This document shows positions 42,642 through 53,000 of a stretch of 64,000 nt of DNA, one piece after another (position 1 is the first letter of the stretch; each line of letters begins with the position of its first letter). The DNA is from Chamaesiphon sp. (GTDB lineage Bacteria; Cyanobacteriota; Cyanobacteriia; Cyanobacteriales; Chamaesiphonaceae): assembly GCA_965246715.1 (NCBI GenBank), contig CBDFFH010000041.1:32001-96000 (forward strand), read 5' to 3'. Below the pieces are notes generated by a model. That model made no database searches and was not told the origin of the DNA. It was given only the letters and a program-made list of their open reading frames with translations. The position numbers and the translations under genes are program-made.

Positions 42642-42884
42642 ATGACAGAATCTACGCCCAACTCTACAACTGAAACTTACGATTTATGGCAATCTAAACC
42701 CTGGTGGTGTCAGCCGTGGACGATTATTCTAACTGGCATAATCATCATCGCTAGTAATTGGTCGATCTTTCACACGATCTGGTTGACTATAGTTGTGGCT
42801 GTGGCGATCGTCGTCTGGTGGACTTATTTTCTGATTATCGTTCCACATCTATTAAAGGAGCAATCGAGTCGATCGATCGGCTAA
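42642..42884 (+). CDS. Small membrane protein (DUF6737-like)
   Basis: W..KPWWCQPWTIILTG motif. Confidence 0.75.
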   Translation: MTESTPNSTTETYDLWQSKPWWCQPWTIILTGIIIIASNWSIFHTIWLTIVVAVAIVVWWTYFLIIVPHLLKEQSSRSIG

Positions 42885-42921
42885 CATCGGTAAAATATTT
42901 TTTGATGTTTGATAAAAATTA

Positions 42922-43017
42922 ATGGATTATAATATTCATCCTCTCAAGCGATTGTTATCTTATGGAAAACAATATCGCGGACAAACTTGGCAAGCAATAA
43001 TCTGGTCGATCTTCAAT
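42922..43017 (+). pseudogene. N-terminal remnant of an ABC exporter
   Basis: MDYNIHPLKRLLSYGKQYR..WQAIIWSIFN resembles an MsbA-like exporter start; breaks off into antisense LRV sequence. Confidence 0.6.
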
Positions 43018-43019
43018 AT

Positions 43020-44362
43020 ACGAGTCCGAACACCAAAGGGAGAGCTGATTATTTGCTGCCAGAAGCTTGCTCTAGCAGTGACTCTCGATCGAGTCTCGGT
43101 ATTTCACTTAGCAGCTCTAACCGATCGGGCGGAACTTTTTGTAAAATTTGTTGCTTTAGATCGAGCGGTGTCAGTGGATTTGCGGCAACTGCCAGATCGA
43201 GCTTGAGATAATTATGTTTGGGCAATCTTTCTAAGATTGTTGCTGACACATTAGGATGATGAGCGATGGAGATCCAACACGAGATACCTTGATGATAAAT
43301 ATCTTTTTTGATGCGTACATCTTTTGGATCTGTTCGAGGAAACTCATCGTCAGTTAATAACTCAAGATCGTCAGTAGATGTTTCATCCTCAAATAAATCT
43401 TCCTCCTCAAACAAATATCTATTCTGAGAGTCATTAGGACATTCAAAATCCCACTTACTATAGTAATCTAATATAGATTCTGGTGTGTTCGATTGCCCGA
43501 TTAAGTAATGTGCTATATCTCTAAAATTTGAGCAATTATCCCTGGTAGCAATTGCCAAAGCGAATATTTGTTGTAAAATTTCTACAGCTAGATTTTCTCG
43601 ACGCAAGATAGCTCGTTCGTCATAATCTAACAGTCTCAGTAAAATTGTGGTATCTGCATTCGGATGTTTTGCGAGTGCGTCTCGAACCTCTGTTTCCTTA
43701 TTCTCCAGCAAGTTTGCTAAACCAGTATCAGACGTGCTGGGATTCTTAGCAACTGCAAGTTGAATTTTGTAAACGCGATCGAGTGCCAATTCGTTCAAGG
43801 TTTCTGGGCTAGCCGATGGATTTTGGGCTACCTGCAACCGAATCCAATCCCACTTACTTTTGCCCAATGATGCTAATTATGCTGGATCTGTTTCCCAATT
43901 ACTGGCGATCGATTGTTGCAGATCGATCGATTCCATCGCTGCTGACGGACAATTATGATTGTGCTGGGTTGCCAATCTGACAGCTAACTCTATATCTCCT
44001 AACAAATTTTCTAGTACCGCACCAGGAGTATCTAGAGACTCTGCTACCTGTAAACGTGGCTCTAAACTGTCTTCCTGAGCCAAACGCGCGAGAAACTTAA
44101 TTCGATCGCGGCGCAATAAATGGGGACTTTTTAATGCTTCCATGAGATGACTCGCGGGTACCCATTCGCTCAAAAATTCCGGTGGTACCGTACCGAGTTT
44201 GAGTAATTCTACTGCAAGGCGATCGTTTTGTCCCAGTTGCGCCGTGTGGAAGATAGCATCGATTTCTTCCCGTCCGTCGGTGGTGAGTTCTCCTACATAA
44301 TTGACATGGAGCTTGGCAACTGCGGCGATTTCTGGCTCGGCTCGATCGACTAATAGCAGCAA
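43020..44362 (-). pseudogene. LRV/HEAT-like repeat protein fragment with in-frame stops
   Basis: VA.NP.TP..L..LA repeats; 43877-44362 and 43049-43867 share one frame, separated by TAA. Confidence 0.75.
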
Positions 44363-44422
44363 AGTTATCTGAATAAAATTCTTAGAGCGTTCGACTTGCG
44401 AACAGCTATTAATGCTGATAAA

Positions 44423-44458
44423 AATGGGTCGCTCCTAGCTAGGAGCGACCCATTCTTT
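44423..44458. terminator. Intrinsic terminator downstream of ycf35
   Basis: AATGGGTCGCTCCTAG/CTAGGAGCGACCCATT perfect palindrome with A/T tails. Confidence 0.75.
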
Positions 44459-44479
44459 TGATAACGCGCAGACTGGTTA

Positions 44480-44833
44480 CTATTGGAGAACCAATGTAAC
44501 GTTGGCATTTTGAAGACCACCGCGTTGTTGAACTTCGGATAAAGTCTTGTTGACTGCGTATTTTTGGTTGATCGAGTTAATTAACTCGGTTTGGTTGTGC
44601 TTTTTAGCAACGCCCCAGAGGTCAGCGATAAGGTCGAAAGAACCATCGCTATTGCGAGACCAACCTAAATCGTAATCGCCTTCTAAGATAGCTACAATGT
44701 CGGCACGTACGCGCTGACCTTGATAGCCACGAAGATCGGTTTCAGTTTTTACGTTGATACCGAGGTCGCGCAGAGAAGTTTTGAGAGTTTCTGCGTCGGT
44801 GATTTTGGTACGGAGAGTGCTGAAGTGAGACAT
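44480..44833 (-). CDS. ycf35: DUF1257 / Ycf35 protein
   Basis: MSHFSTLRTKI, YDLGW, FDLIADLWGV, INQKYA. Confidence 0.88.
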   Translation of the reverse strand: MSHFSTLRTKITDAETLKTSLRDLGINVKTETDLRGYQGQRVRADIVAILEGDYDLGWSRNSDGSFDLIADLWGVAKKHNQTELINSINQKYAVNKTLSEVQQRGGLQNANVTLVLQ

Positions 44834-45005
44834 ATCGATTTCCTCCAATAAATATTGAGCTAAGAGAAACGACAACTTGAACTATTCGGGCACGCAATCT
44901 TGTTGTAAACTAGATTGTGTTCGGTCTCCTCGCTAGTGTCGATAGGTTTATTATTCCCCGATCGGACTTTCTAGCACCTTGACTCCGTTGGGCGGAGCAA
45001 GCTTT

Positions 45006-46514
45006 TTAAAACTCCAGTCGATGGTATTCCGCGACTGAGGCAGCGGCGGGACGCGCTCGCTGTCTTGCCCAATCTCGCAGAGCAGTTACCTGCTCTGTCA
45101 TTGTCCGCGAGAGGGGCAGAGTAGCTTTAATGGCGGCGATGATATCCAGTTGGGTAAATTCCCGATCCTGGGCGAAAGCATCATACATTGCCGCGATTAG
45201 AGCTTGTTCTATTTCAGCTCCCGAGAAACCATCGGCAACTTTTGACAGTTGCTCTAGGTCGAAGCGATCTAAATCTCGGTGACGCTTACTCAAGTGAATT
45301 TTAAATACAGCTTCGCGCTCGGACTGAGTAGGTAAGTCTACGAAGAAGATTTCATCAAATCGTCCTTTGCGTAAGAATTCCCCTGGTAGTCGTTCGACGC
45401 GGTTGGCTGTCGCCATCACGAAGATGGGTGAGGTTTTTTCCTGCATCCAAGTCAGAAAGGAACCAAATATCCGGCTGGACGTACCGCCATCGGAATCAGC
45501 TGAACCCGATGTTCCGGCAAACGCTTTATCGAGTTCGTCGATAAATAAGATTGCTGGCGAGATCGACTCGGCAGTTTTGAGCGCGCCACGGAGGTTTGCT
45601 TCAGAGCGCCCGACCATCGAACCGTCGTATACCCGACCCATGTCCAAACGGAGTAAGGGTAAACCCCAGAGTCTGGATGTGGTTTTGGCAATAAGCGACT
45701 TCCCACAACCAGGTACTCCCAAAATGAGCATCCCTTTGGGTTGTGGCAGTCCGTAGCCGCGCGCCCGTTCGGAGAAGGCTCCAGAACGTTGAACCAACCA
45801 TCCCTTAAGTTCTTCCAAACCGCCGACAGAATCGATTGTTTCATCTTCTTCGATGAACTCTAGAATTCCGTTCCGGCGAATTAGTTGCTTTTTCTCAGAT
45901 AGTACGATGTCAACTTCGGCTTCGGTAATTTTGCCGCGTTTGACATAGGCTTTCCGATAGACTTTCTCAGCCTCATCTTTGGTCAAACCCAATGAAGCTT
46001 TGAGGAGTTTTTCACGCCCTTCGGCCGAGAGCCGATTTTGACGAGTACGGTCTAGTTGCTGCGTTAGCACTCGATCGAGTGAGGCTAAATCGGGTAATGC
46101 AAAATCTAGGACTACTACTTCCTTCTCCAGTTCGATCGGAATCTGCTGAATCGGTGACATCAGAATGATTACTTTCTGCGTTCCTTGGAAGCTAGTAATG
46201 GCATCGCGGATCCATCTCGTCACCGCTGCGGAATCTTTGAACGGGTGTAAGTCCTTGAACACAAAGATCGCTGGATCTTTTTGTCGGGTCGTCCACTCGA
46301 TCGCCGCCTCCGGCGAGATAGTATTGTGTTGAGTAGTGCGGGCTTGGCCGTACTCCACCATCCCATGAGTCAGCGTCCACACGTACATTTTGCGTGGGCT
46401 GTGCTTCATCTGCGAGATCGTGGCGATCTCTTTTTCGGCGCGATCTTCCTCGGCAGTGACGAGATAGATGAGGGGATATTGAGCTTGGATTAGAATATTT
46501 AGCTCTTCTTGCAT
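45006..46514 (-). CDS. ycf46: Ycf46-like AAA+ ATPase
   Basis: DLHPF, GVPGCGKSL, LFIDELDKAF, LRKGRFDEIFF. Confidence 0.92.
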   Translation of the reverse strand: MQEELNILIQAQYPLIYLVTAEEDRAEKEIATISQMKHSPRKMYVWTLTHGMVEYGQARTTQHNTISPEAAIEWTTRQKDPAIFVFKDLHPFKDSAAVTRWIRDAITSFQGTQKVIILMSPIQQIPIELEKEVVVLDFALPDLASLDRVLTQQLDRTRQNRLSAEGREKLLKASLGLTKDEAEKVYRKAYVKRGKITEAEVDIVLSEKKQLIRRNGILEFIEEDETIDSVGGLEELKGWLVQRSGAFSERARGYGLPQPKGMLILGVPGCGKSLIAKTTSRLWGLPLLRLDMGRVYDGSMVGRSEANLRGALKTAESISPAILFIDELDKAFAGTSGSADSDGGTSSRIFGSFLTWMQEKTSPIFVMATANRVERLPGEFLRKGRFDEIFFVDLPTQSEREAVFKIHLSKRHRDLDRFDLEQLSKVADGFSGAEIEQALIAAMYDAFAQDREFTQLDIIAAIKATLPLSRTMTEQVTALRDWARQRARPAAASVAEYHRLEF

Positions 46515-46587
46515 GACTATCTATGCCTCAAAAGATGATGACTACGCCAGCCTCAATTTCCTACCACGATCGTAGTCAAGAGAGTCA

Positions 46588-46938
46588 TTACCCGGCAGCT
46601 ACTGCTAGATCTTGCTGCGGTTGAGCGCGGTCGCAAGCTGCCGCTTCCTCCGCTCGTAAATTTGAAAGATCTTCAGTGAGTATCCCTGGTTGTTGGCCGA
46701 GAGCTACCATCTCGCCATCTCTGATTACGACCGGATGTTCGCACTCAGGACAGTTATAGATTTGATGAGTCGAACCATGCAACTCGATGCCATCTACCAC
46801 ATCAGAATGAGTGAGGTAAAAGTCCACAGCTTTCTCTACGATGTTAGACATCGATTCAGCATCTACTGCCGAACGGATCTTCAACTGACGATGTAGCTGT
46901 GGGGGCAGGTACAAGGTGACCTTTTGCTTGTCTTCCAT
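46588..46938 (-). CDS. Conserved RHH-like protein heading the ycf46 operon
   Basis: KQKVTLYLPPQLHRQLKIRSAV..ESMS plus CPEC. Confidence 0.75.
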   Translation of the reverse strand: MEDKQKVTLYLPPQLHRQLKIRSAVDAESMSNIVEKAVDFYLTHSDVVDGIELHGSTHQIYNCPECEHPVVIRDGEMVALGQQPGILTEDLSNLRAEEAAACDRAQPQQDLAVAAG

Positions 46939-47120
46939 ACGATTCTCAACTGCTTTACCCGGGTATAAAAGTAATCTAACGTATCGAGATCGGACTGTCA
47001 AGCTGGTAAAACATTTTAACGTCATATCTTAACTTTTGTTTACATTAATAGAGAGATTAGTAAAAATGTTGAACTGATAAGGTGGATCTTTTGGGGCTGT
47101 GTCTAAAATTAATTGCTAAT

Positions 47121-47543
47121 CTATTCAGTCATTTTTCGGATAAATTCCAAGGGTAGATTGTCAGGATCGGCGATGAAGGTGACTTCATAGACTGTTTCGC
47201 CGATCGATTGTTGGGCAGGGGCGAGTAAGATTTTTGGAGTAGATTGAGTAGCTGCTTGGAGTCGGTCGGACAAAGCACCCAACCAGTCGGTGAGATTTGT
47301 AGTCGCTGCTGTCAGATCGAAGGAAAGATGATAGTAACCAACATAATGCTCGTCATTAAAAGCATCTGGAGCTGGCTTGGGTTCGGGAATTTGGATTAAC
47401 TCGATCCTGCCGAGCGCGCCCTCCATCCAGCAAGCCAGAGTATAACCAGTAGTAAATCTTTCGCTCACATCAAATCCCAGGCATTCATAAAATGCGATCG
47501 ATCGATGAATATTAGCAGTCCGAATCGAAGCATGGTGAAACAT
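47121..47543 (-). CDS. VOC/glyoxalase family protein
   Basis: HHASIRT..I.RSIAFY, YHLSF, FIADPD.LPLEF. Confidence 0.88.
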   Translation of the reverse strand: MFHHASIRTANIHRSIAFYECLGFDVSERFTTGYTLACWMEGALGRIELIQIPEPKPAPDAFNDEHYVGYYHLSFDLTAATTNLTDWLGALSDRLQAATQSTPKILLAPAQQSIGETVYEVTFIADPDNLPLEFIRKMTE

Positions 47544-47637
47544 AATCTAGGGGATAGGGGATAGGGAATTAATGACTAGTGCCGATCGCCCAAATCGCCG
47601 ATAATACCTGGATATCGATCGAAGGGTGTGAGAGACA

Positions 47638-48918
47638 ATGTATAAGATAACTAATTTTCGGCGGTTTCTAATTTGTGGATTGTTGGGACTGATTTTAACC
47701 GGGGTGGTAAGTTGCCTAAAATCGCCGAGTGCGAGTAGTCCACAGTTAGAATTTTGGACGATGCAACTTCAGCCTAAGTTTAATGACTATTTTAAAGATG
47801 CGATCGCTAAATTTGAAGCAACTAATCCCGGTACGAAAGTTCATTGGGTAGATGTACCTTGGAGTGCGATGCAGGGCAAGATTCAAGCCTCAATGGCGGC
47901 CAAAACCGCTCCCGATGTCGTCAATCTCAATCCAGATTTTGCTATCCAACTGGCAACTAAAAATGCTTGGCTGGATTTAGATACAGCTTTAACTAAAGGT
48001 GAAAATAAGGAATATCTCCCACGGATCTGGCAAGCTGGCACCCTCAATGGCAAGGCATTTAGTTTTCCCTGGTATTTGACTACCAATGTCACGATCTTCA
48101 ATCAAGAGCTGCTAACCAAGGCGGGTATTGCCAAACCGCCAGCAACTTATCAAGAATTAGCCCAAGCTGCCAAACAAATTAAAGACAAAACTGGCAAATA
48201 TGCCTTCTTTACTACTTTCGTCGCCGAAGATAGTAACGACGTGCTCGAATCCTTCGTCCAAATGGGTGTTGAATTAGTAAATAAAGATGGCAAAGCTGCA
48301 TTTAATACACCGGCTGGAAAAGCAGCTTTTCAATATTGGGTGGATCTCTACAAACAAGGTTTATTGCCCAAGGAAAGCCTAACACAGGGTCACAAACAAG
48401 GAATTCAACTGTATCAATCTGGCGAGACAGCGATGCTGTTTGCTGGGGCACCATTTATCGATACGATCGCCAAAAATGCCCCACAAATTGCTAAAGTATC
48501 AGCCGTCGCGCCCCAAATTACCGGACAAACTGGTAAAAAAGGCGTAGCCGTGATGAATCTCGTGATTCCCCGCACCACAAATAAACCAGAAGCTGCGGTT
48601 AAATTTGCGTTATTTGTGACTAATGCAACGAATCAACTCGCTTTTGCCCAAGCTTCAGATACCTTACCTTCAAACGATCGAGCCATTACCGACTATAAAG
48701 CTAAATTGGGCGGTAGTGCGGACAAATCTGCGCTAGCACAAGGAAAACTCATTAGTGCGGAACAACTATCACAATCCGATGTGTTGATTCCGCCATTGAA
48801 AAATATCAACGTGCTGAAAAAAGCCATCTATGAAAATCTCCAAGCAGCAATGAGCGGCGAAAAAACTGTCGAGCAAGCCGTAACTTTAGCAGCTAGTACT
48901 TGGGATGCAGCGAAGTAA
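47638..48918 (+). CDS. Sugar ABC transporter substrate-binding lipoprotein
   Basis: Lipobox-like VVSC, FEATNPG, APDVV, PWY, P.TY.EL. Confidence 0.9.
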   Translation: MYKITNFRRFLICGLLGLILTGVVSCLKSPSASSPQLEFWTMQLQPKFNDYFKDAIAKFEATNPGTKVHWVDVPWSAMQGKIQASMAAKTAPDVVNLNPDFAIQLATKNAWLDLDTALTKGENKEYLPRIWQAGTLNGKAFSFPWYLTTNVTIFNQELLTKAGIAKPPATYQELAQAAKQIKDKTGKYAFFTTFVAEDSNDVLESFVQMGVELVNKDGKAAFNTPAGKAAFQYWVDLYKQGLLPKESLTQGHKQGIQLYQSGETAMLFAGAPFIDTIAKNAPQIAKVSAVAPQITGQTGKKGVAVMNLVIPRTTNKPEAAVKFALFVTNATNQLAFAQASDTLPSNDRAITDYKAKLGGSADKSALAQGKLISAEQLSQSDVLIPPLKNINVLKKAIYENLQAAMSGEKTVEQAVTLAASTWDAAK

Positions 48919-48987
48919 TCGTCATCGATTATGATTGACATGACTAGAAAAATTCATCACTCGATCGCGACTAGATTAAGCTAAATT

Positions 48988-49587
48988 ATGTCAAGCTCCA
49001 GAACTGATTGGTTCCCTACTCCCATTTGGCATTTCTCAATCGATAATTATCAGCAATTAAACACCGTTCTGTTGGCAGAAATCGATCGCGAGCAGCAGCG
49101 CGATTGTCGAGGCGAGCAGTTGTCAAATATTCTAGGATGGCACAGTGCGAGTAATTTGCACAAACTCGATATCTTCGCTGAATTGACACATATAATCGAT
49201 CGCAATGTAATCGAAGTAGCAACATTTCTGCGCTGGGATTTACAGAGAATTTCTACTAATATCACTACTTGCTGGGCGATGGTGAATGGTAAGTATGCTT
49301 CAAATGCTCTGCACAATCATCCCAACTCGGTCTTGAGTGGGGTTTATTATCTCAAAACACCTGAAAATTGTGGAGTTTTGAGTTTTAGCGATCCGCGCTC
49401 GGCTGCACAGATGTTAAATCCGCCAATAGTGGAGTTTAACTTATGGACTCTACCGAAAATCAGCTATAAGCCCGAAGCCGGGATGATGTTATTGTTTCCC
49501 AGTTGGCTCCTACATGGCGTGGAAACTAACATGAGTGAAGATACCCGCATCAGCGTAAGTTTTAATATTGGGATGTTAGCGAAGTAA
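48988..49587 (+). CDS. TIGR02466-like 2OG-Fe(II) oxygenase
   Basis: FPTPIW, HNHPNSVLSGVYY, FPSWLLHGV, RISVSFN. Confidence 0.88.
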   Translation: MSSSRTDWFPTPIWHFSIDNYQQLNTVLLAEIDREQQRDCRGEQLSNILGWHSASNLHKLDIFAELTHIIDRNVIEVATFLRWDLQRISTNITTCWAMVNGKYASNALHNHPNSVLSGVYYLKTPENCGVLSFSDPRSAAQMLNPPIVEFNLWTLPKISYKPEAGMMLLFPSWLLHGVETNMSEDTRISVSFNIGMLAK

Positions 49588-49614
49588 GTAGTGCATTACA
49601 AAAACAACTTTATT

Positions 49615-49646
49615 AGATCGTCACGCTGATGTGACGATCTTTTTTT
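49615..49646 (+). terminator. Intrinsic terminator
   Basis: AGATCGTCAC/GTGACGATCT stem followed by a T tract. Confidence 0.8.
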
Positions 49647-49824
49647 ACGCATAAACACTAATATTGACTTGAGTATAGTAGCGATATTTACGTATTGCTA
49701 ATACGTTTAGCTTGCACTTAGGATAAATTCGATTGTGAATTTAGTTGCTCGATCGAGTATTGCCATTCAATACCAACTAATATTTCGTTCTTACACGCTA
49801 TAACTCACACATTCGCTAGCGGAA

Positions 49825-49868
49825 ATTAACCTTAGATTAATAGTCACATAACCTAACGATCGTACAAT
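49825..49868 (+). promoter_or_regulatory. Putative SphR (PhoB) Pho box plus -10 element
   Basis: ATTAACCT-tag-ATTAATAG-tca-CATAACCT (11-bp period), then TACAAT at 49863-49868. Confidence 0.65.
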
Positions 49869-50059
49869 CTGCTATTGGCTAGAATTTTTCAACTTTGTAA
49901 ATTTCTGTTGAATAAAAAATATTTATAGTTTTGCCCTACAAATGTGGGAACGCTTACTTTAATTATTGCAATTCTCAAAGAGTTGTGACTTCACTGGTTT
50001 TTTAGAACCGTTGCTAATTTCTCGATCGAAGAATCTTTATCTATTAAAAGTCAAGACTT

Positions 50060-53000
50060 ATGGCGATTATCATTTCCGAAGTGAATCCTTCCGGTAGTAC
50101 CAGATCCTATGGAGCTGACTGGTTTGAAGTAACGAATACTGGCTCCTCCGCAGTAGACATCACTGGCTGGTCGATCGATGATAACTCGCATATTTCCACC
50201 GCAGCGGTTCTACTCCGAGGTTTGCTAAGCATCCCCGCTGGTAAATCGGTGGTGTTTATTGAGAACTCTTCCACCACAGTAACTGATGCAACTGTCCTTA
50301 CCAACTTCCAGACCGCATGGTTTGGAAATGCAACGACTAGTGTGCCCACAGGCTTCACCTATGGGTTTTACGGCGGATCTGGGGTCGGACTCAGTGGCTC
50401 TGGCGATGAGGTGAATCTCTTCGACGCTAAAGGTGGTTGGGTTACTGGAATCGGCTTCGGTGTCGCAACTCCTGGTGTAGCACCCGCTGCTGGACAAACC
50501 TTCGATAACACGGCTGGGGTTGCCCTTTCTGCACTCGCGGCAACAAGTCCACTTGTTTCAACCTTGAGCGTCGTGGGCACCAACGGTGCGTTCCTCTCGG
50601 CTGATAGTTTGGACATTGGCTCTCCAGGTAAGATTAGTGCGGCTGTTGTAACTCCTGCTGTAAATCTCTCCGTCAGTAGCAATGCTGGTTCTGAGACAGA
50701 TAAATCGGTAATTACCGTTACCGCCACCGCTACGAGTGCGGTTACTACCGTTCAAACAGTTGCCTTAGCTGTAACTGGTACCGGGATTACTGCTGGTGAT
50801 TATACTTTGAGCAGCCCCACAATTACGATTCCTAGTGGTGCAACTTCTGGTACTGCTACTTTCACCGTTGTCGACGACACCTTGGTTGAAGGTACTGAGA
50901 CTGCAATATTGACGATCTCAAGTCCTTCGGCGGGCATCGTACTAGGCACTACAACAACTCAAAACCTCATCATTACCGATAATGATGGTGTTATCGTTAC
51001 CCCCGTAGTAACTCCAGCGGTAAATCTCTCCATAAGTAGCAATGCTGGCTCTGAAACAGCTAAATCGGTAATTACCGTTACCGCCACCGCGACGAGTGCG
51101 GTGGCTACCGCTCAAACAGTGGCATTGGCTGTAACGGGTACCGGGATTACTGCTGGCGACTATACTCTGAGCAGCCCCACAATTACGATTCCTAGTGGCG
51201 CAACTTCTGGTACTGCTACTTTCACCGTTGTCGACGACACCTTGGTTGAAGGTACTGAGACTGCCGTATTCACAATATCGAGTCCTTCTGCGGGCATCGT
51301 CTTAGGCACTACAACAGCTCAAAACCTCATCATTACCGATAATGATGGTGTTGTCGTTCCTCCCGTAGTAACTCCGCCCAAAAATAATACCTCGATCGAC
51401 TTATCTACATACGTTCAAGTCGGTCGCTACGATCTGCCCGAACCTTCGCATCCAGGTACTGTTACACCTCCTGGCAGTTTGTTGGCACAAGAAGTCTCAG
51501 CAGTAACTTATAACTGGGATACCGATACCCTATTTGTTGAAGGCGACGGCGGTACGTCGATCGTTCAAATCGATAAGCAAGGGAAATTAATCAACTCGAT
51601 GACCCTAGCTCCCGATCCTGCTAAACCCCAGGGCACCTACTTCTACGATCCAGAAGGGTTGACCTACGTCGGTGGCGGGAAGTTTGTCTTACAGGAGGAG
51701 CGGTATCGGCAGGCGAACTTATTTACCTACGTTCCCAATGCTACGCTGTACGGTGACAAAACGGTTGATGCAGCAGGCAAAATAATTGCTGGTGGCGGAG
51801 TTCAAACTGTCAAACTCGGCACGACGATCGGAAATATCGGAACTGAAGGTATCACTTACGATCCATTTTCGAGCGGATTCGTATTAGTTAAAGAAACTGG
51901 GCCAGAAGGCATCTTCCAAACCACGATCGATTTTGCTAAAGGTACCGCATCCAACGGTTCGCCCACTACAGAGAACTCAGTCAACCTGTTCGACCCGACA
52001 ATTCTCGGTTTGGCGGATCTCGCTGATGTTTATTCTGTCTCGACGCTGGCTAGCCAGATCGGTAAAGATGATTACGACCACCTGCTAGTACTCAGTCAGG
52101 AATCGGGCAAAGTTGTCAACATCGATCGCACTGGCAAGATTTATAGCACGTTGACGATCGATCCAAAAGCTAATGGACTAACTACCCCGCTGACAAATGC
52201 TGCTGTTACTCCAAACGTCGTAGACCAATCCCATGAAGGAATCACGATGGATAAAAACGGCTTTTTGTACGTCACTAGTGAAAATGGTGGTGGTGATATC
52301 ACCCGACCCCAGCTGTGGGTATATGCCCCGACTGGCGCAGTGACTCCAAATCAAGCTCCCACGGCTGTAACGCTAAATAATCCAGTCAAGACGATCGCTC
52401 AAACCACTAGCACCACAACTGCGGTTAAAATAGCTGACATTGCGATTACCGATGACGGTAAAGGTACTAATAACCTGAGCGTGACTGGTGCTGATGCTAG
52501 CGCCTTTGAGATTAGTAGCGGTGCATTGTTCCTCAAAGCCGGAACCACGCTAAATTCGACAACCAAAGCTAGCTATAGCGCTACGGTCAATGTTGACGAC
52601 CCAACTGTTGGCACCACCCCAGATGCCAGTACGACTTTTACGCTAGGCGTTACCGGAACAGTTGTGAATCCCCCCGCATCCGCCTCGATCGTTATCACCG
52701 AGGCATCACCTTGGAGTAGCGGCAATAGTGCTTACGCTGCCGACTGGTTCGAGCTAACCAATACTGGCACCACCGCAGTGGATATCACTGGTTGGAAGAT
52801 GGATGATAACTCGAACTCCTTCGGTTCTTCGGTGGCACTCCGAGGCGTGACGAGCATCGCGGCTGGGAAGTCAGTTATCTTTATTGAAGGTCTAGCCGAT
52901 GGCTCTACCGACAAGGCGATCGATGCTAAATTCTCGACCACCTGGTTCGGCACCGAAACACCACCCGCTGGTGTTGTCATTGGCAATTACGGCGGATCGG

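Noticed and set aside
42922..43206. 94-aa ORF as an intact gene
   Set aside because: Chimeric: only the first ~32 codons are ABC-like, and the rest is antisense LRV sequence
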